64,000 nt of DNA, from contig OZ199838.1 in assembly GCA_964304625.1 (NCBI GenBank), positions 8,081,550-8,145,549 on the forward strand, in the 5' to 3' direction. The notes below the pieces were generated by a model. It saw only the letters and a list, made by a program, of their open reading frames with translations. It searched no databases and was not told the DNA's origin. This document shows positions 13,801 to 26,000 of this stretch, piece after piece; position 1 is the first letter of the stretch; each line of letters starts with the position of its first letter. The translations under genes were made by a program, and so were the position numbers. This stretch comes from Kudoa neothunni. Taxonomy: Eukaryota > Animalia > Cnidaria.

Positions 13801-16800
13801 TTAGAAATAGCTTTAATCTAACATATGTTACCCTTCAAGGGGATATAGCAAGTGTTCCTACTGAAATAATCTTAGAGTGGTAACAAAAGCTTGTCACTAT
13901 TCTTGAAAAATGGTCACCTGAAGATATTTTTAACATTGATGAGACTGATCCTTTTACCAACAATACAAAGGTTTATACGAATTAAATGATCTGTTGGAAT
14001 TTTATTTGTAGGTAGTGATTATATAACCGGAATGGAAAGGAACGTTAGGGGAACAAAACAATTAAAGAACCAGGTGATTGTTCTTCTTGGATGTTCAATG
14101 ACTGGCGAAAAACTTCCTCCATTTATTATTGGAAAAGGTGGAAAGCCAAGATATTTTAAAGGTGTAAGTACTTGTCCTTTGCTCTACGAGTCGAATCAAA
14201 ATGTTTGGATGACTTCAGAACTATTTATAAAATATATGAATCACCTTGATCATCTCATGTCTTATCGAAATAAAAAAATCATTCTTTTTATTGACAATTT
14301 CCCAGCGTATCCTATATTAAAACTTAAAAATATCGATTTATGTTACGTCCCAAAGAGTACTACAAGTATATTTCAGCCTTTAGATCAGGGGATCATTAAT
14401 TCGTTTAAATTTTATTACAATAATTTTGTATCCCAACGGTTCCTAAACCAATTGGATATTGGTATCACTAAGCCAAAACCCATAGACGTGCTGGAAGCAA
14501 TGTATATGATTTCAGATGCTTAGAACAATGTTAAAGATACTACAATAACAAATTGTTTCAAGAAATCATTTTTTGAGTTTGAGAAAACTCCATGCGACTT
14601 CAGTGCATCTGATGATGCTGATAATGCCGATTCGGAAATTCTCCAAAATACTAAATTCGCAAAATCTATCAGTTGTAAAGAAATGGTAATTCTGATTGTT
14701 TAAAATAATATGAACGACTCAAGAAAAAAATAAAAGCGCAAACAATGAAATAAATTTAATAAATAATTTTGATGAAGAAATAGAATGTAAGCCGATTACG
14801 TATTCTGAGACTATAGAACACTATGAAGCGTTATTTCGTTTCTTAAAAGGTAATAAATCCTTATAAATATCAACCATTTTTGAAGTTGGAAAAGAAATAT
14901 ATAAAATTATTGATGAGTCTCGAGAGAAAAAAAAGATATTTGATTATTTTCAAGTAAGATGATTTTTTTAGCGTAATTAACTCTAAATATTTCTTCTAGG
15001 TACAAAAGCTGGACGAGAAAAATCGAAAGTTATAATCTTAACAGATTTATTGTTTCTTTATCATTTGAAATATTTTACATTAAGTTGATAAAAAATAAAA
15101 TAAAAAATTTTACTCTCCAACCGCGCATGCTCATACATCGCGCGTACGTAATGCATCAATTCTACGTAATACGTATTCATTCCCCGTACCATTACGTACG
15201 AGCGATGCTGCACTGTAATTCCAAAATGATTCATGGTCATGATAAAATTGTCTTGTCGCAATAATGGTAAAAAAATCCAAATTGCTGGTCTTAACAGGAG
15301 CGCATATAACATTTACTAAAATGTGTTCGTTTTGATAAATTTTTGGCAAGTTTTTTTAGCTCAATTTTTGTATTACGTGGGCTTTAAGAATTATTAAAAT
15401 TTCTAATTTTATCTTGCGTTTAGTGAATTTCTATTGCAGACATTTTAATATGAAATAGAGCATTGTTCCAAATATAAAATTATCTACTCGAAGATTTCTC
15501 GTAATGAAATCAGCAACGATTAAATTCCATTTTTTGTGAATTTGCAATAATTCCTTATCTTTGAAACATCGTTTTGCGATTATTCAGTCTTTCGAAGAAC
15601 GAGACTAAAAATCGGACAACTTTGGTTGATTTGTCCGACATCGAACACGGTAGGCAACGCTGTATTAAATACACATAAAAATCGTACTTTATGGTAATCG
15701 CAAGTTGTTAAATTAGTATAACATTTATTTATCAAATCATTCCTTTAGAAATAAAATGCTATTTAGACATATACTGTGATTATTAGGTGTATCCAAAATG
15801 AAACAAAAACTTCAAAATAAAGTAGTTTAATCTGAAGCGACGTGTATATGAAATATTTGGCTCAAACTTATGAATAAAAATGACAGCAACACTTTAACAC
15901 GTTATCACTAAAGTGAAATTTAACGCGAGATAAGATTATAAACAAACTTTAAATATTGATAATGGTGTACCTACCGGCTACCAAAATTTGGCATGATGTC
16001 GTGACTTTTTTCGTAGATATAGTCCATTCGTTCTATAAAGTTGCAACATATAAAAATAAATTAATTTTTTTTGTTTCAAATGGTTCCTAAATCCATTATC
16101 ATAATCTATTAATTGAGCATGGCATGTCACGTGATGCCAAATAAAAATATCCCCAAATTATATTTTGTCACATTTTATCGCGACATATAGCTCACCATAA
16201 TATAATATTGTATTAGAATCTAATATAATTAAGCATATAAGTAATTTAAGTTTTCATTTTATTATTTGAGCTTAAGGATGCACGTTTTCAGAAAATAAGG
16301 CGGCAATGGTTGATATTAAATCAGATGATGAGTTCTTTATGCTTGTAAATAATAATGGAATTTTATTTAACTTCTTGATTTCGGAAGAAATCGTCCATGG
16401 TCTTCCAAAACAATGTAGAAACTGTAGAGGTTGCGACACAGTGTATACCTCTACAAGAAAGAGAAAGGAAACTAGCCAATTGATTACTTCGTTAAATAAT
16501 GATGAAAATATAGTTATATACGTGTGTAGAAGGTAAATGATACAAAATAAATAGTTCTCATTAAATAAGGCACAGATGTAAAGTAAAACTATGCCAAACA
16601 AAAAAACCTTTTTTACCGGAAATAACGAAGGAACAAAACAAAAATTAACTAACAAGAATATCTTAAAGATCTTGTACTATTGATCTTTAGATAATACTAT
16701 TGAATTGGTTTAATCAATGGTTTCTGTCTCTAAAAAATCGATTATAAATTGGTTTATTAAAATTCGAACCATTTGTACAAACCAATTCTTCAATCAGAAA

Positions 16801-17038
16801 AAATCCGGTGGTGAAGGATACGTTATTGAAACAGATGAAAGTCTATTACACTGCAAAAGAAAAAATAACTGGGCAGTTAATTGAAAGGAGATTCTTGGAA
16901 GCATTCTTCTACAAACGAAATTTTCATTCCTGAGAATGAAGTGACAGTAATAAGAAAAAAATTAAATTAATTTATTGCCTTCAAGATGGACAGGAGTGGA
17001 TGTAAGTATTTCCCCCATTGCGGAGAATTATCCGACGA

Positions 17039-17071
<33 letters not shown>

Positions 17072-20000
17072 TATGTATATGTTATTTAACTATATGATAG
17101 TAAATTTTATTAATTAGCTCTATGTTCGAATTCTGAAAAATATGGGAATAAAATGGCCGGTCCCGGCTTTTTGGTCCTTTGCTTGTGCTCAGTTGATCAT
17201 GATGGAAAAAGGACTCTAAAGTGGCAAGGTATTTCAGCGTTCAAAGAAGAAATCATGAAACTCTGATACCAATCATTGAGAACCAGGTCCTTAAAGGGTC
17301 AACTATTTACAGTGACGAATTGCCTACTTCCTTCCAATAAATTATCAGAACGAAGCTACAATCACATTCGAATCAACCATTCCCAAGGTTGTTGTATTAA
17401 TAGAGCACATTCGAATACTATCGAATATTGTTGGAGTCGGCTCAAACTTAAGATCCTTAAAATTAAGAGAGGAGTGAGTCGACTAAATTTCGATAGTTAC
17501 TTGCATGAAGAATAGTTCCGATCTATTATGGGTAAGAAACTCAATTTATTTAACAACTATTTGAATATTATTAATAAATATTACCCAACTGAACAAACCG
17601 TCTTATTTTTTTCGCAACACAAACATAATAAATGTCTAAAGTTGATTGGAATAATTTTCTAAATCTAGCATCATAAATATATAGGGATATTAATGATTTT
17701 AAATGAGACGTGTAAAATAAGCCTTTTATAAATGAATACGCTATGAAATAATGAAAGTGTTAAAATTTAATTATAAAAGAATAAACAACATTCAAATCAT
17801 AAACTTTTAAAATATTTTATTAGAATATAAAATTCTATAAGCGCTATATTAACTATTTCGGTTACACCTAAGGTATATTTTTGAGCCGGCTGTGAAACAG
17901 ATATATTATAGCTGACATGATTTTTAACCTTATGCATAAACATAAAACATTTTGAGCAGATAGAAAAAGAATTAGTCACAAGATATAGAAATCATTAGTT
18001 AAAATAAAACATGTTGAGCTCATTTCGTAAAACGCAAAATATTATCTACTATTTGATAGAAAATTATCTACAAACAAATTATAAACTAAAAAAAACAAAT
18101 TTTTTTTTAAAACTTTGTTTTCCCCATTTTGATTCTGTATATTGTCATAATAATTTCCAAAATAAAATGATTCATTTGTAATTAATTAAACCTGCGAATA
18201 AGTAGATCCTACATATTCTAGAAATTATTTGTTAGTAATTAAATAGAATAACCTGACAAAAACATTTCTTTAAATTGGTTAAAACAGGAAAATAATACCT
18301 AAAGTAGTACCGTAAACGAGATTAATGCTACATATAGATGATTATGACAACGAATTTAGGAAACATTAGAAACAGAAAAAATTGATTTATTTTTATATGC
18401 TGCAACTCATTAGAGTGAATGAACTATACCCACGAAAAAATAGACCGAAAAAAGTCACGACATCATTCCGAATTTTGGTAGCCGGTAAGCAAACAAACCA
18501 TTACCTAAATATTAATCTCCTGGAACTATGCTCAATTACCTGATTAGCTCTTGTCTCAACTTTTGTTTGAAGTGATTCAACAGGTTTTCGTGAATACCCT
18601 GATCACTACTAAGAAGTAAATTCATTAATTCTCGAATGCTATTGACCTAGAATTATAGAATTTATTATATGCAAATCAATCAGGAATACTTCCATCGCAT
18701 CTTGCTTGGTGAATTTGAAAGGGAAATATATTTCTACGTCGTTATCGGAAAGTAGGGGTTGGCGAGTTTCACCGTCCAAACCTAGTCCACATATAGCTCC
18801 AGTGATCATTTTTTCGTTGCGATCAATTCTGTATTCGCCGTTTGGAGAGAAAATTAATACGAGCAACTCTCCAAGTCCAACAAAAGGAGGAAACGCAGTG
18901 GAATGTAACACCCTTATGTGATTACTGTTATATTCTGCTGTAATATCGGTGCCAACGTAAGTGTACTGAAGGTTATGTTTGTTATGAAGATAAAGTGATA
19001 CATTGTTCACAGACGAATGATTTATTTTGATAGCTCTAAATTTTATGATTAAATTAAAACTAAATTTTTGTCCAACCTTGATGAAAGTAAATGTGGATGG
19101 AAAGAAAACGAAAGTTCCAACGGGGAGTATGGTCCATTAAACGATTTTTTATAACGATCGTGACTATGGGAAAATACGGATTTTTTACTGTTTTCCATTC
19201 TTCTAGTTAAACATCGCGTGAAGACGTCTATAATTTAAATGACAATCTTCCGCATTACCAAAGCATTCATACTTCTTTTTGATAGCAACAAACACACTAG
19301 GATTGCAATCGAATGATGAAGCAGTAGGTTTTTCAAACTCAATATAACATCTAAAAATGAATGTGAACGCCGTAAACTCATATTTTAAACAATTATAACC
19401 TAGATGCTTCAGTAGTGATTTTCTTGATTTGAGAGAAATCCTTGAAGTATTTTACAACTTGCTGAGCATAGTCGGCCCTGCGATTGACTCCCGTGATCTA
19501 TTACATTAAGTCAATAAAAGATGTCTCAATTTATAATAGTTTCAAAATCTATAAATACCATTTATTCGCATTTATTATTAAGTAATGGCATACAATAATA
19601 GTTTTAAAAAATATCCATAACAATAAGAAAATTGAAATGTTATTTTAAAGATGAATAAAATTGAAAAATAAGATCTATTACATAATATTTAATAGTATTT
19701 AAAAAAATTCGATTGTATTATGTGTCATTATTAGTGTGTTAATCATACCATAACTGAGTTAAAGACATCTTTGTCTTGGTATTGTTTGCAAAAGTCACCA
19801 AAGCGAACAATACCGCTTGTAAAATAGTAAGGATAAAAAGCTCCAGCTAATGCTATCTAATAACACAGAGTTAAACACATCAAACTTTGATTGGTACCTT
19901 TAATAGAAAAACTTCTTTTGGCTTATCTATAATAGGCCTAAAGAATATTGAAAACGTGTTCACACAAGGGAACAATTAAAGAAACCTATTTAACAGTTGT

Positions 20001-23000
20001 GTATGTGGTTTTATTCCCATCTGTTGTAAACGTTTAAATAACTCTCCGATAATGTCATCCGCCTAAAATCAATGTTCCTTAAATGCAACAATAAGCTAAA
20101 ACTACTTCTCTCAATCCTTTCAGAGAAAGAAAGTGGGTTCTAGACCACAGTCTTTTATTCTAGACACAATTTACTACCGTATACTAGGTGCATTTATTTA
20201 ATAATTTACTTCATCAAAATTGGGACTAGCTTGTTGTTTTCTGTATTCCTAATTAGTATAAAAAATGAATGCAAGAAAATTCTACCCGATATATCTCCAA
20301 AAAAAACGATATGATCACTAAAAGATTCATTGGCCCATTGCATACGATTTCTAAAACAACGGAATATGTCAAGATGTATTATGTTTGCCATCGAAGTACA
20401 TATAAACATCCAAATCGTTTCCTGCCTGTTCAGTAAAAATGCTTCTCACTGACATCATTCCAGCTAGAATTAGATAACAACATTAACATTTCCAACTACA
20501 TTCTTGTTATCCAATATCACCAATAACAACAGCTTCATCGAGCAATCCAATTATGTTTGCAAGAAACAAAAACTTTCCTAGTCGCACGTCTATCGGTAAG
20601 TTGCTAAGCACAATTCCAAGGAATGTTAGATCCCCATCAAGGGTTGATACGGAACCATTGAAATTCACTGTCAATGCTCCAATCTCTTTGAGCACTAATA
20701 TCGCCCTTTCCAAATCCACAAAACCAGGAGGAGATATAGCAGCTTGTAGAACTAGAAGAGGAGGCCCAAGTTCTAATTTTTTAACTTTGAGTAGAATTTG
20801 CTCAAGAGGACTTCGCTATAAGACGCAATGTTAACAGAAAGTTGAATTTTCGTGTAAGGATCATTAACCTTCATTTCTGGAGTGTCAAAATCTTCCAAAC
20901 TATCGTAAAATTCTCGACTAACCAATCTAAAACAATAACCCTCAGAAACACGCCCAGCTCGACCTAAAAAATAAATCATTTTACTAAATTAACCAACACA
21001 TCGCCAAAATTCTGCATTTTAAGTTAAAAAATATTGTTTTAAACCAATAGTAGACATACTTGTAGGGGTGCGGGTCGCATTGTTGATTACGCGTTTTTTT
21101 TGTGAATCTAAATACCTGTTGGTGGCTTTTCTAACATTTTTGGTGCAATAAAAAAAATAAGTATATAAATTAATTTGAAAATACTGCCAATTAATAAAGC
21201 TTAATAAGGAATTAAATAGATTTGTTAAATATAGAAATTTTGTGATTGACATATTGTAAGTAATGACTGAAATAATAGGCTATATACTTAATAAACTATG
21301 ATTTTAACTGAAGTTATGAAAATTTAATAATACTTGTTAAGTAAACATGAAATATTTAAACAATGATTCTGATAGAATCATGTTATAGTTATTTTAAACA
21401 TGATATTCAATATAACATATCATACTCTAAAAGAGACCTAAGTTATAAATATAGGTATAATAAAGTTAGCCCAAAAATTACATTTATGATATTTCAGACT
21501 ACACCAAATTTTTTGTAAACTAAATATCACCAGCGCATAGAAGTAATATTCTTAAAACTTATTACGAAATAATTCAATTCTAAAGTATAATATAAATAGT
21601 TTTTAAATTACAAAAATCGTAATTTTTGGTAATTATCAATGTAATATTCATAAATTTTAAGGTTTCGTAAAATGATTTTTCAGAATAAAAATTCTAATCG
21701 ACGAAGTTATCATAAATTATTATTTGTTACCCTTCATTATTTCTTTCAATTTCACTTATTTATATCAATAGATAAAAGAAATATTTATCATAAGGTTTTA
21801 ACTCTGAATTGATTGGTTTTGTTTATTATAATTTTCAAAGTATTTTAAGGCCGTTCATCCTCTATCGTTATCGTTGATTTTCTCATTGAATTCCCCAGGT
21901 CTCATTTGGCGCTGCCGCATCAAGTTATATTCCTTTAATACAGGAACTTATTGGAGACAAAGCCAACAGATTGCTTGCTTTATCCACTGAATATGTCAAG
22001 AAATATTTTTGAGTCCAATCATAATTAAAACTACGATTTTCATCAATAAGTGTACGCTTTCAGGGTGACATTTATGTTTGATTGTACAAACATGTGATGT
22101 CAACAAACGACGATTAATAAGGGAAGTTTTCCCGCATTATCACTTGAGAAAATTAAGAGGATAAATAGAAAACTCTTCCTACATTAAGTTGATAAATTTT
22201 GATACATCTCTATTATAAACATTTATGGTTAAAAATCTAAGGATATCTAAAAAATTATACAAATTACATCGATTCTATGCCTTTTAAATATAGTAATAAA
22301 TAATTTTATCGTTATTGCATTGTTTGTTACGAAAAGTATGGGAATGGTTCCTATCGCGTCAAACCTAATTTATGTGTGAGTATCACATCCCCATATGTTT
22401 TTCTGCTATTTAGTTATTTTTAGATTCTTTTTGTTGTGAATTGAATCTCGTGTACCATTTTTTCTGAAGTTTATGACGTGGTTTTGTTTTGAGGGCGTAT
22501 TAGATCTTACCTCATTCACATTTACATATGATAATCATAGGTACGATGCAAGCATAGGTAAAACATCAAATCAAATAATAAAATCGCGTAAAATTAAAGT
22601 TTACAAATCCATAATATTCATCAAAAGATTGTTTATTTATTTGTTTATGGAAGATAAATGCTGTCTTGGTGTTTCTAGATTTTGAGAACATGTACATGCT
22701 CGCGCAAATTTCAGCCCTCATAAACCCGTCCGCGGGCCTCACTTGTCCAACACTGGTTTAACTATAAGAACAAATTTTCTAGCATTAACTATGTTACAAG
22801 AGCTAGGTAATTATATGTATCATAATTAAAACGTTAATATTTCCTGCATTTATCTTTAGAGACCTCAAATTTCATTAAAAATGTCAATATTTTAGACATT
22901 TTTCTAAATAATGTTGCAAAGATTTATTTTTTAGGGATTTAAGTACGGGGAGAATTTACGTCACAAACTTACGGGTCCCAATTATTATACTTCTAATAAA

Positions 23001-26000
23001 TCTTAGTCAAAAAGAAATTGTTCATAAAATTAAGTACTAAACTGGGTTTTCAACCAGAAAGTTTTTAAGTAAAAGCTAGATAAAGTCACGAATGACAACA
23101 CAAGCATGTATTATAATATAAACGTTGAGCCTAATGAACCAACGCATTCGAGGAGATAGGGTAGAGGTTATGGTCATTTGTAAGAGGGGATGTTAAATGG
23201 ATCCTACTCCTACATTGTCTTAAAGATACGGATATTTAATATTATCCACCAAAACGTCTAAAGCATCTATGGAAGTGAAATGATAAGCCATAACAATACA
23301 ACCTTGTAGGTTGGTGTTCCATAATACTTTTTAACAGTAATCCATATTTTTTAAAAATATCTAGTAATTCACGTAATTATTGAAAATCTATTATCAAAAT
23401 TAAACGCCCAAAATATAAAACTTTGACTAGATCAATGTTACTCGAATCCCAATATTAAGAAAGAATTTTCTATCGGGAGATCAGGAATACACTACACGCA
23501 GGGGTTGACTTTCGTCCAATATTAGCAAAAAATTTTTTGAGTCACCTAAAATCCTCTGTATTCCAATGATGCGAAACAACGTCATAAGCTCAATAAGACT
23601 CAACGGGACACGTCCTTATAAACATAAAAAAGAACATATTTATCTCTTTTTGAAAAACTTTTCCACCACACTTTAGATCCAAGAAACAACTTCCAAATGT
23701 AAAAATTTTAAAAACAAGATCGTTACATTAAGAATTTGGTCTCAATATATAATAATATTTGGATGCAAAATTTATCTAGTAAAGCTCTTTCTGTGATATT
23801 TATGACATTATAATTTATTATATCGTGAAAATAGTCAATCCAAAAGGTTATGTTATGCGATATTAAGTCAAACAATGAAACCAAATATAAAAATTGCAGA
23901 CAAAATCTCAAGCGAAATTTGATAGAAACTACAAAGTTATTCCATAAATAATGTTAATAAAAATATTATTTAAACATAAAGCTATTTATATACAATTCAT
24001 TTTTTAACGACTAAAATTAAATAGTGCATCATTTTTGCACACCAATGCATATACCACTCGTCTTATTTAAATACCCCCACTAGCTTATTTAACCCCCAAG
24101 CGATTTTGTATTCATTATATCTTTTTATTTCATTTATTGAATCTCACAAAATTTTCACTATTCCTGGAACATATAACGATTTATTTTACCAAACAAATTG
24201 GAAAAAACCAATGAAAAGAAAAAATTTTACTTAAATATTATCCTACATTTCGGGGGTAAAACTTATCCCACTTTTTTATTACTTTAAGGTAAAGAGTATC
24301 CTGTAAATAACCAAATAACAAATTATTAGTTATATCAAACGAGTAGATTTGAAGAAAACAATGAACAAAATGACTAGTTGGGCCAATGCGAACGTGCGCA
24401 TAGTGCATAATTCTAAATGAATGAGGCAAGTGATTTCATTGACGAATATACCCCATCTAAAAGCGAATTTGACGATCAAATTATTGATGAAAAAGATATA
24501 TCGGACGAAGAAATAAATCCCATATATATTAATGATAATAATTAAAACCCTCATACGATAATGCATTACAATGCAACCAAAGGTGCGGTTGATAATATGT
24601 ATAGAATATTGGCATCGACTTCTAACCAGAAGTTTAAAAGATGACCGCTTATCGTCTTTTCACATGATTGGTATCTCGTTTATTAATGCATTTGCATTAT
24701 TCAATGACATGTTTAATTCAGAGAAAACATTAAGGAGAAACTTGCTGAAAGAGATTCCTGAAGAATTGTGCAATTCACTGTAAACAGAATCTCCAAAAAA
24801 ATTTAAGCAAATCTGATATTCGAATAACGAACCAGGTTTAAGTAAAAAAATCGTCACGCTGGAATTATTATTAAAGATCTAATGATAAGAGAGACTCTAA
24901 ATGGTTTCATAATTGTTGTAAGTTTTATTTCTCCACTCATGCTTCGAAATTCTTTTAAAGTGTCAAAATTAATTATTGTGCTTATTTTAGTTATTTTTAA
25001 TGAGTTTTCTATTAGCCGATAACGTTACTTTTATTTTGTAAACACTTATGGAGAACGTCTATATATCCCGATAATGTCATAATCAAGATTAGTTTGAGAT
25101 TATTTGGTGTAATTAATACAATATTCCAATGATTCTACTCGTTTAAATTAAACAATATTTTGTATTCCCCAGTAAATTATTTTTTTACACACATCGGAAC
25201 AATAAAAAAGTGGGGCAATTTTTACCTCAAAGGTGTTACAGGGGAGTACCGTTTTTGAGATCGTTAGAGAGTAAACAATTCTAATCAATTCACTTATTCC
25301 CAACAAGAAAGAAGACTGTTTAATTACTCTTTCAACGTACCGCATTTATCCGTAAATATTTATAGAATCGGCGAGGTTGTTTGCGCAAGATAAACAAAGA
25401 TTTAGTTCTTTTTCGAAGATGAATTGTATGCGATAAAAATCACGGAGTACACCAAATCTTTAGGGAAAATAATGCGTTAAACCCCAATAATATAACAAAT
25501 TTCTTTGAAAAAAATAAAAAGTTTTGAAATTAGACACTCAAAATCGACGTTAGTCGGAAACCACCACATTTGTACTATAACAAGGATAAAAAATTCCTAT
25601 TTCGTGTTAAATTGATTAATTTTATTATTTATGAATTAAAACATCAAAGTTGAAATTGTTCTTATATTTTAGTCAAAACTGCTAAACTTGGCAATAGGGT
25701 AGAAAAAAGTTGACACGTACCTTGTCTTTGAGAGCCAGAAGATTTGGATATCCAATTCAATTTCAAACAGGAAAGTCCAATCGTTCTATCGCATTCAATC
25801 TGTTTATGAAGGCAGGTGTCAATAACTAAATTGTATACAATGGAATATTTTTAACTATAACAAATACCATATTTGATATCTGGAACTGTTATGGAACTTT
25901 CGGCAACATTAGTGGAGAAAATAATCTTCGATAATGTTTAAATAGCACAATATCACTAAAAAGTACTTTTCTCCATCCGGAATCACATTTTCTAAATATT

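Noticed and set aside
23490-25580. Possible Transib-like termini (CACTACAC...) within the second large TDRD9 intron
   Set aside because: The similarity between the candidate ends is too weak, and there is no TSD or transposase motif.
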